DNA from: Eledone cirrhosa
Taxonomy: Eukaryota
DNA: 64,000 nt
Assembly (NCBI GenBank): GCA_964016885.1
Contig: OZ024742.1
Coordinates: 353,462,001 to 353,526,000 of the forward strand
Direction: 5' to 3'
The position numbers were made by a program, and so were the translations under genes. The notes under the pieces were generated by a model. That model had not been told where the DNA came from, made no database searches, and was given only the letters and a program-made list of their open reading frames with translations. This document shows, one piece after another, positions 12,865 through 27,386 of the stretch; position 1 is the first letter of the stretch; each line of letters begins with the position of its first letter.

Positions 12865-13051
12865 GGATTGGCAGTATCGGTAGAGGGTCGGACGCCATGC
12901 TTTCCAGCATAGTTACGTCCCTTTACGATCTGAGTTCAAATCCCGCCGATGTTGACTTTGCCTTTCATCCTTACGGGGTCGATAAAATAAAGTACCAGTA
13001 ATGCACTGAGTAATTGCTGGCCTTGTGCCTAAAGTAGAAACAATTATTATT
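12865..13051 (+). mobile_element. tRNA-derived octopus SINE (OR/OK-like)
   Basis: A-box-like tggcagtatcggtag, B-box gagttcaaatcc, core gcctttcatccttacggggtcgataaa, (ATT) tail. Confidence 0.85.
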
Positions 13052-13232
13052 TTCAGCTATTTTTTGTATCCCCCCAGTCTAAAAACTCGGGTTCCTCTCA
13101 GACCCATTTCGCCTGTATGTGTTCCTGATATATCCAACAGTTAATTGAATCTCTATCGCCTTCATTCCTGTTTTGTAATCTGTAATAATATGTAATAATC
13201 TAACTAACACAACCGTCAGTTGGCAGTCTCTC

Positions 13233-13373
<141 letters not shown>

Positions 13374-14921
13374 GTGTGTATGTGTGTGTGTGTGTGTATG
13401 CATGTATATATATATATATATATGAGTGTATGTGTGTGTGTGTCTTTATGTATTTCTTCTTGTATAATATAGTATGATTCGGTAAAGAATATCAAAATTA
13501 GTGAGAACATACTCCATGGGATACATGTGACATGCAAATATATATTTTATTAAGTATGGTATCATTTACGTAGAATTATTAATCTGTATGACTGTTTCAG
13601 ATTTCCACTGAGTCTGTCCTCATGTATTCAGCGTCTGGTTCCATTAGTATTGATTGATTTCCTTTCATTCATATGTGAAACTGTTCCAAAAAAAGAAAGA
13701 TGAAACAAACTATAGAGATGTCTCTTTTTTTAGATTTAAACTGATTAAACATATCAAGTGTATTACATGTGTAGTTATTAGCGGAATAATAAAATATAAT
13801 TTATGTAAATAAAAAGGTTATTTCATTGTGATACACATTACTAAATGAAACGGAGATAAATCGTTATCTTCTCTGTGGAGGAAGTTCCATGTGGGTATAG
13901 GTATGTAATATCTTTGGATTCCAGATATTTAGATTTGTTCCTTTTTATTTAAACAGGCAAACTCGGAATATCCCAGTTCTCTATTATATATTTAATGATC
14001 TAGGTACAACGAACGCACTCTGGTTCAGGTTGTTTGTTGGATTTCTAAGTTCTTACCGTATATTTCAATTTCTGCAGGAAATAATTGACGATATCTTGCT
14101 GCATTTGCTTACGGTATGTATCCGACTACCACATTCTGTTTCATGGCGAAATTCTTGCTGTTGTCTTTGAAGGAGAACGTGTGGCTTCCAAATTCAGTGC
14201 TTCATATGTTTTTCGTATATATAATGTTAATCTTGTGGTTTATGTAGCGGTGATTAAGTCGACCTATTGTGGTAGACGTGAACACCTCCTCACATATCCA
14301 GAACGACATAATAATATCTGTATATCTGTTTATCTACCGACTATATAAATGAATGATATCTAGAAATAACAACACTGGCTGTGCTACAGAAGGGAATTGA
14401 CAATTCGAGAAATTTCATACAGGCAAAGTAATACTTTCGCCAGATGTTTTGCGATAAGCGAGAATTGCGGATAATCTTGTTGCACGCATCCACGCAATTT
14501 CCATGCATTGCTAACCACTAGAGAGATGTCTAACGTCTGCTACAAGCTGTATCCCTTATGATAATCACCCCAAAGATCTCCTTTGAGCTGGATGGACAGG
14601 CAATGAATTAACATTATTGTGGTATGAGGTTTCGATGTGAACTACTTCAAAATGACTGACAATTTACAGTTCCTCTTTGTTCCTCTTTGATTAATGCAGC
14701 GACAACGTTCTCTGGAAAAGAAAATTGTTTTAGAAGTGAAACATCATCTCACAGCAAATTCTTTGTGGAGGACAACAGCGATTTATTTGTCGTAGTTATC
14801 AGAATAATTGATTTTTTTCGATTTCCCTACAGTAACCCTTGTGAGACCCCAGCTCTTTACAATCTTTCTTTCTTTATTGTAAATTTTTGTTCTTGTTTTC
14901 ACTATTCCTCATTTTGAGGAT

Positions 14922-15066
14922 TGTCGTGCGAATTGGCAGAGTCGTTAGAACGTTGGATAGAATGCTCAACGGTATTCGATCCAGCTGTCTGTTCTCTAAG
15001 GGAAAATCCGGCCGAGGCCAAGTTGGCTTTTATCATTTTGAGGTCCATAAAAGAAATACCAGTCTA
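14922..15066 (+). mobile_element. Degenerate copy of the same SINE superfamily
   Basis: ttggcagagtcgttagaacg...ggcttttatcattttgaggtccataaaagaaataccagt. Confidence 0.6.
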
Positions 15067-15391
15067 GTTATGGTTCGAATATTTCTCTATATCTCTTTCT
15101 CATTTTCTCTCCCTCACTTTCTATCATTCTCTGGAAGAAATCTGTTGTACTGAAGTCTAGAGAGGGACGGCCTGCAGTAGGCTTCAAATGACCAAGAACC
15201 GCCGTATTTCTATACGGCACCCAAACGACATTGTAGGAGTTTCAGGCTCAAACCATGCACAAATCGTATCATATTTTACTGTCCTCGATATTTTTGAAAG
15301 TCCTTGTGGTTTATAAAAAAACATCCAGCATCAACATCATCATCCTTATTTTTAACATCTCCCTCCTCCTCTTCATCATTATAATGATATA

Positions 15392-15565
15392 GGCACTATC
15401 GGTAGGGGGTCTGACGCCATGCCTTGCAGCATACCGTTACGGCCGATTATGATCTGAGTTCAAATCCCGCCGAGGTTAACTTTGCCTTTTATCCTTACGG
15501 GGTCAATAAAATAAAGTACTAGTCACGCACTGGGGTCGTTTTAATCGACATTCCCCTCCTCCAAA
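15392..15565 (+). mobile_element. tRNA-derived octopus SINE
   Basis: Homologous to 12865-13051. Confidence 0.8.
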
Positions 15566-15567
15566 AT

Positions 15568-15648
15568 CCTCCTCCTCCTCCTCCTCCTCCTCCTCCTACT
15601 ACTACTACTACTACTACTGCTGCTACTACTACTATTAACACTTCCACC

Positions 15649-15682
<34 letters not shown>
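15568..15682. repeat. (CCT)n/(CTA)n trinucleotide microsatellite
   Basis: Direct reading. Confidence 0.95.
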
Positions 15683-16242
15683 AAAGTATTATTCATACAC
15701 CATTTGTGTTGTTTCTATTGCCGTTGGGTTTATTATATTATTGAGAGCAGAAGAGACTATGGAGTCATATAAAAGTAGTAATGGCAGCACTGCAAAATGA
15801 TATACGAAGCATTAGTATTATTATTACTAACATATTGGAATGAGAATTTGGAGACAAAAAAGAAGAAAATGATAGCAAGAATAAAGGGAGGGGGCAATAG
15901 CTATGATGATGTTAGCTCTTGAATTATATGGCAGAAGAGGAAGGAAAACATTGATGTAAAACAACTACAGCAGCATTAATAACAAGAATAACATTTTCAG
16001 TAAACAAGAGAAGACGTCTTTGATAAGTAGTTGAATAACTGCGAGGCATAATTATATGATGTGCCAACTTATCGGGAAATAACGAAAGGCAAACAAAACA
16101 GTACACGAAGTAGAATTGTATTTACAATGATATATTTTTAGCTTAAATTATCTTCTTTGCAAACAATAAAGAAATATAATCTTATAACAATATAAAACAG
16201 CAGGAAAGCATAACAACAATAAAAATAATAACAACAATAATA

Positions 16243-16560
16243 ATTGTTTCTGATTTATGCACAAGGCCGACATATTTAAGCAATGGGGAAGTCGATTAAA
16301 TCGACGCCAGTACATTACTGGTGATTTATTTTGTCGACCCCATAAAGATGAAAGGCAAAGCTTGGCGGAATTTGAACTCTTAACGCAAAGGACAGTAATT
16401 CTATGCCACAATAATAATCATAGTACTTTCTAATACAGGCACAAGGCCAGCAATTGGGGTAAAGGTAAAGTCGATTAAATCGACCCCTGTCGATTGATGG
16501 ATCTTTATTTATCGACCCCGTCATGTTGAAAGGTGGAATTTGAACTCAGAACTTAAAGGG
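16243..16560 (-). mobile_element. Two partial SINE copies in tandem
   Basis: gcacaaggcc...cgacccc...gatgaaagg...ggaatttgaactc occurs twice. Confidence 0.7.
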
Positions 16561-16836
16561 ACATAAATATGTACAACAAATATTAATAATAGTAATAATA
16601 AGATCAGCAGCCACTCCCGCCACAGCAGAAGCATCATCATCAGTAGCATCAGTAATAGTACTAGTAGTAGCAGCAGTAGTAGTAGTAGTAGTAGTAGTTG
16701 ACGTAGTAGTGGCGACAGCAGATGATGTAGTAGTCATAGTGGTATTAAAACTGTGTGTGTGATGTAATTCACAGCATAATTTTACCAAAGTAATAAAAAA
16801 TATATGCATGCAAGTATGTTTGTATACGAGTGCTTC

Positions 16837-16839
<3 letters not shown>

Positions 16840-16928
<89 letters not shown>

Positions 16929-16970
16929 TGTGTGTGTGTGTGTGTTTGTGTGTATGTATGTGTATGTGTT
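16840..16970. repeat. (TG)n microsatellite
   Basis: Direct reading. Confidence 0.98.
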
Positions 16971-18161
16971 TATGATTTTGTCGGGTCCTATGCCCTTTAC
17001 ATATTGGCTCCACATAAAATACGAAGAAAATAAAGACTAAATTTAAATAAATAATTTCTATGTCTGTTGGGGTCAATTAAATCAACGATGTAGCCCAGCA
17101 TGACCACAATTTAATGACCGTAGTCAGCAACAATATAACATAATAACATGAACCCATGTCCCCGGGGAGTGAACTAAAATGAAATAAATGACCGAAATAA
17201 AACTAAGAATAGAGGAACGGAAATTGATTTAAATGACAAGAATTTTTTGATCAATAAAGTAAAAAAAAAAAACATTTCTAAATAAACATCTAATAGGAAT
17301 GACTCAATAGAAATCATGTTTAATGAATAAGATTAACCTAAATGCTGGGCAACTAATATATTATTTTTATGAGAATACCAAATATACACCCCATTCTAAC
17401 CAATACTGGGTTTAAATGTCTGCAGACAATTCTTTCGGCGAGGATAAGACGTATATTTACACAGAATCGGTCACCTTTTTACGTGGTAAAGTTGTGCCAT
17501 TGTTGGTGAGGTATCCGTTCAGACTCACTGTTCTGTCAGTACAAATCAAGCTGAAGTCAGCTTTTCCATTCATCCATTCGGAGTTGATAGAACTAGGGTT
17601 GATGACACCACTATACACTTTTTAACACTTCATTTCTCTCATAGTCTATCATTCTCTGAAAAAAAAACACATTTATCTGGAAAGAAGAGGAACTCCCATA
17701 GGTTTAAACATGGCCAAAAAAATGGCGTGTATCAATATGGCCCACTTCAGACTCACTCATGAGTTATGCGTTCATAAATCATCATAATTGTTGGTAACTC
17801 AGTTATTCATTATAGTTTCTTTGCTTCAAGAAATAATGCCCTTTGTTACGTAATTGATATTATGTGTTTAGCAACAGGTATTAAATAATTCAGTTTGCAC
17901 GAATGTTTGAAATATTTCATCAAATATCGTTCATCTGGCACAGGATAACGTGCACTATTCTAAGTTGAAAAACATGCAGCTTCCACAGGTATAGTCAACA
18001 AAGAATAAAGAGTTCTTTTAAAGGGAAACAATAAGTCTGACACGGATGACCGTTCCACTATACCATCTTCACGAAGTATTTCCCAATACTATTATATACT
18101 CCCTATCGAGCCCTTTTCCGATTATAGTCTTCACTTCTGTTATTATTATATATAAATGTAA

Positions 18162-18217
<56 letters not shown>

Positions 18218-18663
18218 TTAATTATACTATTTATGGTGATGCAAATACAAAAACCTTTTGTAGTTATATATATTTTTATAAACCCTAAATAGTGGTAGGC
18301 GGTAATATATTACTACCTTAAAACCACTAAGTTAAATAGCTCAATGTAATAACATCAGATGATTTACAGAGCAGTTATATGAATTATAAGAATCAAAGAA
18401 TTGTTCAAAACATGTTTATGCTTACAACTGTTTCCTCCAAACCGAGGTTTAGATTCTTCGGAGTAATTTATTATTGAATGAACACTTATATGACGTCCTT
18501 TTCACGGAAGAGACATACAGATACATATGCAAATATTGTGGGTCAACATTCATTACAGCATTTACTGTGGCAGTACACATTTAGAGATTACATTCATATT
18601 AAAAGATACAATCAAAAATACAGGTTAAAATACATGAAATTAAGCGGTTATAGAGTGCACTCT

Positions 18664-18710
18664 ATATAAGTATGTGTGTATATGTGTATGTATGTGTATG
18701 TATGTGTATG

Positions 18711-18773
<63 letters not shown>

Positions 18774-18927
18774 ATGTGTATGTGTGTATGTGTGTATATA
18801 TATATATATTTATGTATATATATATATTTATATGTGGGTATGTATGTGTATGTGTGTATATATATGAGTGTATTTATATATATATATGTATGTAGGTGTG
18901 ACTGTATATATATGTATATATATATAA

Positions 18928-18979
<52 letters not shown>

Positions 18980-19039
18980 ATGTATACGTGTGTATATGTA
19001 TGAGTGTGTATATATATACGAGTGTTGTGATTGTATATA

Positions 19040-19106
<67 letters not shown>

Positions 19107-19146
19107 ATATATATATATGTATGCGTGTATGTGTATATGTGTGTAA

Positions 19147-19187
<41 letters not shown>

Positions 19188-19591
19188 TTATGTGTGTATG
19201 TGTCGATGTATTTATATGTGTATATGTATGTGTCTCTATATGTATGCGTCTATGTATGTGTATGTGTATTTATATGGTATGTGTATGTATATGTATGTGT
19301 ATGTATGTGTTTATATATATGTGTATGTATATGTATGTATATGTATGTGTGTGTATGCGTGTGTATTTATTTATATGTCTATATGTATGTATATCGATGT
19401 ATACTTTATATTTTACTTGTCTGTATATATATGTGTATGTATATATATGTGTGTATATATATATACATGTGTGTGTATATATGTGTGTGTATATATGTGT
19501 ATATGTATGTGTATGTATATATATATGTGTGTATATATGTATATATATATGTATATGTATATATATGTGTGTGTGTGTGTGTGTATGTGTG

Positions 19592-19625
<34 letters not shown>
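18664..19625. repeat. Compound (TA)n/(TG)n/(TATG)n low-complexity tract
   Basis: Direct reading. Confidence 0.95.
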
Positions 19626-19629
<4 letters not shown>

Positions 19630-20232
19630 CTTGATATATTTCTTTTTTCTTTTTTCTTTTTCTTTTCTTTTTATTTCTAAGTTTATAGATACATCTATAA
19701 ATAGGCAGCCTGCCGAAACCGTTGACTACTGACCTCTCCCCCCCTCCCACCTAATTTCTGTATCCTGATCTAAATATGTGTGGCAGTGTTTACGTGCGTG
19801 CATTAATGTCCATATGCTTATGATAATACTATATGCACATATATATGTGTGTGGGGGTGGGGGGGTGTATGTATGTTCGTAGTTATGTGTATGTTTATGC
19901 ATATACGCGCGTGTGGGTGTGAGTGTACGAATATGTGTGAGTATATGAATGTGTGTATACATTTGTTTCATATTTATGTGTCTATACGCATTTTATCTGT
20001 GGATTATAGACTTACAGAGACATTAGCCTTGAATTTTTGTATTTGCATACATCTTTTTGGCATGCGTATGCATGTGAACATATATCTTTATGTAAATATG
20101 TGTATGAAGTTAATTACATGTATATACACACACCAAACTGCATAACATTTTTTGTATTTTCATTGGTCAATTTGAACTCTGTTCCCAAACGGACCTGAAA
20201 TTTTGAATTGTTGTTATTATCAATAAATATAT

Positions 20233-20387
20233 TTCATTATTTCTGAAGACGTCATATATATGTGTTGGGTATGTATATTTAATTTTGATAGTTTGTATAA
20301 TTTTGTATAATTTTGTACATAGATCTGTTGAATATGCATGCCAATTCTAACACATATATATCCTAGAAACGATCGTTAAATAATGAA
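20233..20387 (+). ncRNA. Type I hammerhead with a very long stem II
   Basis: ttcattattt-CTGAAGA-[~116-nt hairpin, atatatatgtgttgg/ctaacacatatatat]-GAAAC-gatc-GTT-aaataatgaa; 10-bp stem I; the base of stem II is mismatched. Confidence 0.7.
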
Positions 20388-20441
20388 CTTATTTTGTTTA
20401 ATATAAGGAACTGTTTCATTGTTTTATTCATTATTTTTTTA

Positions 20442-20617
<176 letters not shown>

Positions 20618-20648
20618 TATATATATATATATATATTATATATATATA

Positions 20649-20752
20649 TAAACGTTTGAATATGTATAATAAAGCGATTATACAAGCTTTATTATACATA
20701 TTCAAACGTTTATACCTCATTACACAATGCTTCAAGTAAACTATAACCTTCT

Positions 20753-20755
<3 letters not shown>
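20649..20755 (+). repeat. Perfect 27-bp-arm hairpin plus ~43-nt tail inside (TA)n
   Basis: 20649-20675 is the exact reverse complement of 20686-20712. Confidence 0.9.
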
Positions 20756-20792
<37 letters not shown>

Positions 20793-21798
20793 TATTAAAA
20801 AAATAATGAATAAACAAAGAAACAGTTCCTTATATTAAAAAAATTCATCATTTTACCATCATTTCTAGGATATATATGTGTTAGAGTCGGTATGCATATT
20901 CTATAGATCTATGTACAATATTTATACAAACTATCAGCGGGTATATACATACCTACACATATATATGCTGTCTTCAAAATAATGATATTTGTTTATTGAT
21001 AAGAACAAAGATTCAATACAATAGGTCTGTTTGGGAACAGGTTTTGAATTGACCAATCGGGAGATAGTGAGGGTCAAGATAGTAATATAGTAGTAAGAGA
21101 ACCTTAAATTATGGGTAGAGGATGGTAGATTTCAGTTTTGGATCGAAAAGAGTGTTATGAATGAAGGATTATTTTAGGGAAGAAATAGGTCATATGCTGA
21201 CCTCAGAAATAATTTTATTTGTTCATTGAATAAAACCAAACAAGATCTAATATATTCTGTCTGTTTGGTAAGAGGTTTAGAATTAACCAATAGAAAGTTA
21301 ATAATTGGCCAAATGGTAAAATAGTAGTAATTGAAGCTTATTTTAGGGGTGAAACTAGGTCAGGTAGTCAGTAAAAGGTATACAAGCAGTTGCTGTTATA
21401 AAATAGTAATGCCAATACAAATATCTAAGGTGACCAAAGTTTTAAGATAATAATGTTAGTGAAAAAATACATCTATGAAAGGAATCTAACATTAATTTAA
21501 TTGATGGGTATATTTATATTGATAAAATTATACTAATACATATAGATATGATAAATAAGAGTTAGATGCAGTTGAAAAGTGCTGTTAAAGATGAGGCGAG
21601 ATTAAAAGAATATAAAAATAATATATATATATATATACCCACATATATATACATACATACATATACACATACACACATATATATATATATATATACACAC
21701 ACACATATATACACCTATATACATATATATATACATACATGTACATATATACACACACACACATACACATATATATATACACATACATACACACATAT

Positions 21799-21839
<41 letters not shown>

Positions 21840-22249
21840 TACATACACACATACATATATACACACATATATACACACACATACACACTTATATATGCAT
21901 ATAATTATTGGGGAGGGGGATTAAATTTATTAGTGGGAAATAGTAAATATATATAGATTTCAAGGAACATAGAGTCATAACCTGAAGTTAAAGCATATAT
22001 ATGTTTACTTAATGGTATCAGTTTTAGGAAATGATATTTGTAAGAAGGAAAGCCAAATTATGTAGTTCATCAGTAGTAGAATATTAATTATAGGTTAACT
22101 GAATTAAAAATAGTTTATATATTAATTTCTAAAGTGTATATTAATTAGGTTTATAATATTTAAAGCAGAATTATGTAATTCATTAGTAGTAGAATATTAA
22201 TTATAGGTTAATTAAATTAAAAATAATTTATATATTAATTTCTAAAGTG

Positions 22250-23316
<1,067 letters not shown>

Positions 23317-23319
<3 letters not shown>

Positions 23320-23559
23320 AACCAGTAAGACCCCGACAGCTGAGCTCGAGCCGTTTCGACGGCTAATTCTGGACTAAAACGTTAGACTAAAATGTTAGAC
23401 TAAAATGTTACACTACTATTTTAGTCCAGAATTAGCCGTCGAAAAGGCTTGAGCTCAGCTGTCGGGGTCTTACTGGTTCCTATTACCCACTCTACTACCT
23501 CTAGTATTGAGTACTTTGGTGCGTTATGGTCCACCTGGTTCCTTACCACATTTCCTTCG

Positions 23560-23562
<3 letters not shown>
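23317..23562 (+). mobile_element. Short fold-back PLE terminus footprint (family D)
   Basis: Arms 23317-23379 / 23419-23482, loop with repeated gttagactaaaa, then ~78-nt tail. Confidence 0.75.
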
Positions 23563-23628
<66 letters not shown>

Positions 23629-23791
23629 TATAAATATATATATCACAAATCATGTCTATAGAATTATTAGATAAATAAAATATATATCATTTCCTCTGCC
23701 AATCACCATCATTAACCATATAGAAAATTAATTAGACCAAGCTATGAGGATAAAGGCTCCTATGAAGAAATCTCCAACAAACAAACGTATA

Positions 23792-24782
23792 TAGTAATAA
23801 TAATAAATTTGAAGACTAAAATCCAAAGTGGGCTCGATAAGGATAAATATATATCAGATATATAAGAACCGTAGAGCAAATATTTAGTAAAATAACAGAT
23901 TAAAGTTTAAGCCAAAAATCGCTGCTTTCACCCTTAACGGGATCTTCTGAAACTAACAAAGTCAATCTGTAAACGCAGAACTGGATATTTCAAAAAACGT
24001 TGCAACCGGGGGAAGACAGGAAGACGATACTTTGGTTCGTGGACACGTTCGCTATGCAAATAAATAAAGGTATAAACAAAACATATACTTAGCTCCCACA
24101 TCAAGACGTAAAATATCCACGTATAGATCGTACTATCAGTTAGGTTATAACGTCGGGCTGTAATACAGGAAAGTTTTGTGCAATATATGTTTACAAGCCG
24201 AAATTGCCTCAGATTTTTTGTTTAAGAATTGGTCTGTGGCGTAGAGTATTTCCAGGGCCTCAGCGGCGCAGAGGTCACATGGTCTTTTATTTCCGTTATA
24301 CGATCTTGCCCTAGCTAGGATCTGCCAGTGTAAATTATATTGGGTGTGTTTGTCTTTTAGACGACATATATAAGCTGTAAGTGACGTCATATTCCTTCTT
24401 AGAGGGTAACGAAAAGGATGGGTCTTCATGTAAAGACGCTGCTTGAATATATTGGCGGTTAACCCTATGTAGGCCCTACTGGACGTGAGTGTTACAACCT
24501 TACATTTGTAGACAATGTTACTAGAGAGGCATTTACCGGATAGGGAGCAATCAACCCGATTCCTACAATACAGTTAGTACTAACTACAGGGTTACACGTG
24601 TTCCTACGGCTAGGTAGTATAGCTAAATTTGAAGCTGTGATGTTATGTGCAAGGTTAGGAGTCATAGAGTAAGACATTTTAATAGTATTTCTATTAAAAA
24701 TGTTACTATATTTATGTGTAGGGGGAAAATGCTTCTTCGTAATAAGGGAAAGAAAGATCTTAGCTAATGGTGTGGCGAGCTC
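23792..24782 (-). pseudogene. 5'-truncated PLE family B (Hydra-clade-like) GIY-YIG endonuclease region plus 3' end
   Basis: HWQILARARSYNGNKRPCDLCAAEALEIL...LNKKSEAISACKH; homologous to 36859-37527. Confidence 0.85.
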
Positions 24783-24790
24783 CTTATTAT

Positions 24791-24856
<66 letters not shown>

Positions 24857-24872
24857 TATATGTATATATATA

Positions 24873-24976
<104 letters not shown>

Positions 24977-25197
24977 TATATATATAGTATATATATATAT
25001 ATATATAGCATAGTGTTCATTGTCACGCGCATGTATTGTTTTTTTTGCGGTAATTCACTTCCTAATTTTTTGAATCAGTTCGAGCACTTCTTTCAGAACT
25101 GCTGGACTGGTTACCTGACAGATACCTCAGGCACAGAAAGTGATTATCGCTAAATGCTGATGTTGGTTAGATTATCAATATTAGGATTATTGGGGCA

Positions 25198-25324
25198 CCC
25201 ACTGATGAATTATAGGAGCCCACTTGAATATATATCTATTGATGGTATACAAGCTCCTACATAAACTGGTATAATTTCACCCAAATTGTAGGAGTCCTGT
25301 AATGAAACGAGACGTCCGTCTGGG
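25198..25324 (+). ncRNA. Type I hammerhead with a branched stem II
   Basis: ccca-CTGATGA-attatagga...tcctgtaat-GAAAC-gagacgtcc-GTC-tggg. Confidence 0.82.
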
Positions 25325-25904
25325 AAGAGATATATTAGATATGTCTCATTTGAAATAATACAGCCAATTTTCCACGCAATACTTTTAGTTAGCACCACGA
25401 ACACATAATTGGGAATATAATCACTTATTTCCTAATGTTTGTTGAGTGAGTTGGAATTTGGCCGGAGTATCGCTATAAAGCTTTCTCCGATATTGTATTT
25501 ATTTACTTACTCTTGGCGCAGCAGATTTGAAAAGAATTCCCGGTATAAGGTTAGCATTTATTTGTTTATTTTTATATATGAATATTGATTGTTCCTTGTA
25601 CCTCATTCTGTTATTTTGCCCGAGAAAATATCTGTGTGTGTCATCAAATGTTGTACACACATAGATATTTTTTCAATTTCCAATTGAGTTCTTAGCACGT
25701 GGCCTGAATTCCTTTCAGAGTTCATTGTCACGCGCATGTATTGTTTTTTTCTGGCGGTAATACAGTTCCTCATTTTTTTAATCAGTTCGAGCACTACTTT
25801 CAGAACTGCTGGACTGGCTACCTGACAGATACCTCAGGCACAGAAAGTGATTATCGCTAAATGCTGATGTTGGTTAGATTATCAATATTAGTATTATTGG
25901 GGCA

Positions 25905-26031
25905 CCCACTGATGAATTATAGGAGCCCACTTGACTATATATCTATTGATGGTTTACAAGCTCCTACATAAATTGGGATAATTTCACCAAAATTGTAGGA
26001 ATCCTATACTGAAACGAGACGTCCGTCTGGG
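25905..26031 (+). ncRNA. Second copy of the branched-stem-II hammerhead
   Basis: ccca-CTGATGA-attatagga...tcctatact-GAAAC-gagacgtcc-GTC-tggg. Confidence 0.8.
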
Positions 26032-26206
26032 AAGAGATATATTAGATATGTCTCATTTGAAATAATGCACCCAATTTTACACGCAATATATTTAGTTAGC
26101 ACCCCGAACACATAATCGGGAATATAATCACTTATTTCCTAATGTATGTTGAGTGAGTTGGAATTTGGCCGGAGTATCGCTAAAAAGCTGTCTCCGATAT
26201 TGTATT

Positions 26207-26390
<184 letters not shown>

Positions 26391-26631
26391 CTATATATGT
26401 GTATATATATACTATATATATATATATATATTTAAAGACAAATAAAGATTCAGCGAGAATCGCATTTTTGGCGGGCAGGAAATGCGAAGCGAAACGTAAA
26501 AATCGGAAATGATATTGGCAAAGTGCTCAATAGTTAGAAACCAGAGCTAAACATTGTGTTAAGAAGCCACACAAAACTGAAAAGGTGGTGAAGAAAGCAT
26601 TAACCACATATATATATAAATTATGAGCCAT

Positions 26632-26680
26632 ATTCCTGACGATTTCTAAAGAATGAAACAGTTCTAGTCCTGTTGAATCT
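26632..26680 (+). ncRNA. Degenerate hammerhead motif
   Basis: CTGACGA-t-ttc(taaa)gaa-t-GAAAC-agttcta-GTC; stem I does not form; related copy at 11281-11322 (-). Confidence 0.4.
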
Positions 26681-26692
26681 CATCTATATTAA

Positions 26693-26750
<58 letters not shown>

Positions 26751-27176
26751 ATATATATAAAATATTTAGAAGAGACAACACACGAGAGAGAATGAGTGTG
26801 TGCTTATCAATGGGGATATGGGCTGCTATTTCTAGCCGCTCATTCCACCCAGCCAACTTATTTACTGTCTCTTGCACACATTCACTTTTCTCTACCACGT
26901 GTTGCAAGGCAGTTATCCTTAGTTTTTCCATGAGTTATCTGGAACGTATTCGCTTAACACACACTTGTGTACCTGAGTGTTTCATTCCATTCACTAATCT
27001 TTTGGCGAAACAAATCTCTTTGGGTGTGCACGTGTGTGATATATAGTTATAAAGGTGGGTAAATTCATTCTGGTTAATATTTTTAATTATTGTGCTTCCA
27101 CCTCACTTTTCGTAGTTTTTAGATTCCATACACTGGTGGTTTTCACTGTACATGGGTAAACACGCGTTCTCTCTCT

Positions 27177-27240
<64 letters not shown>

Positions 27241-27344
27241 TGTTATCTTTTATACATATTATATTTGAAGAACCCTGGATTCCTTTTCCTTTGAGGACAT
27301 AGTTTACAGGGACTAACGCGAGTCTATGACTCTGTTAAATTATT

Positions 27345-27386
<42 letters not shown>

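Noticed and set aside
12865-12950. tRNA gene
   Set aside because: A/B-box-like head belongs to a dispersed SINE; no cloverleaf
18672-19732. Long ORFs up to 320 aa (YIYI/CVCV), and similar ORFs throughout the window
   Set aside because: Translations of stop-free dinucleotide microsatellites; no protein signal
26760-27060. Possible GIY-YIG remnant on the minus strand (MEKLRITALQHVVEKSECVQETVNKL)
   Set aside because: Too degenerate; no catalytic motif visible
27262-27330. TTGAAGA-accctg..caggg..GTC
   Set aside because: GAAA replaced by ctaa and U3-G8 mismatch; at best a dead relic
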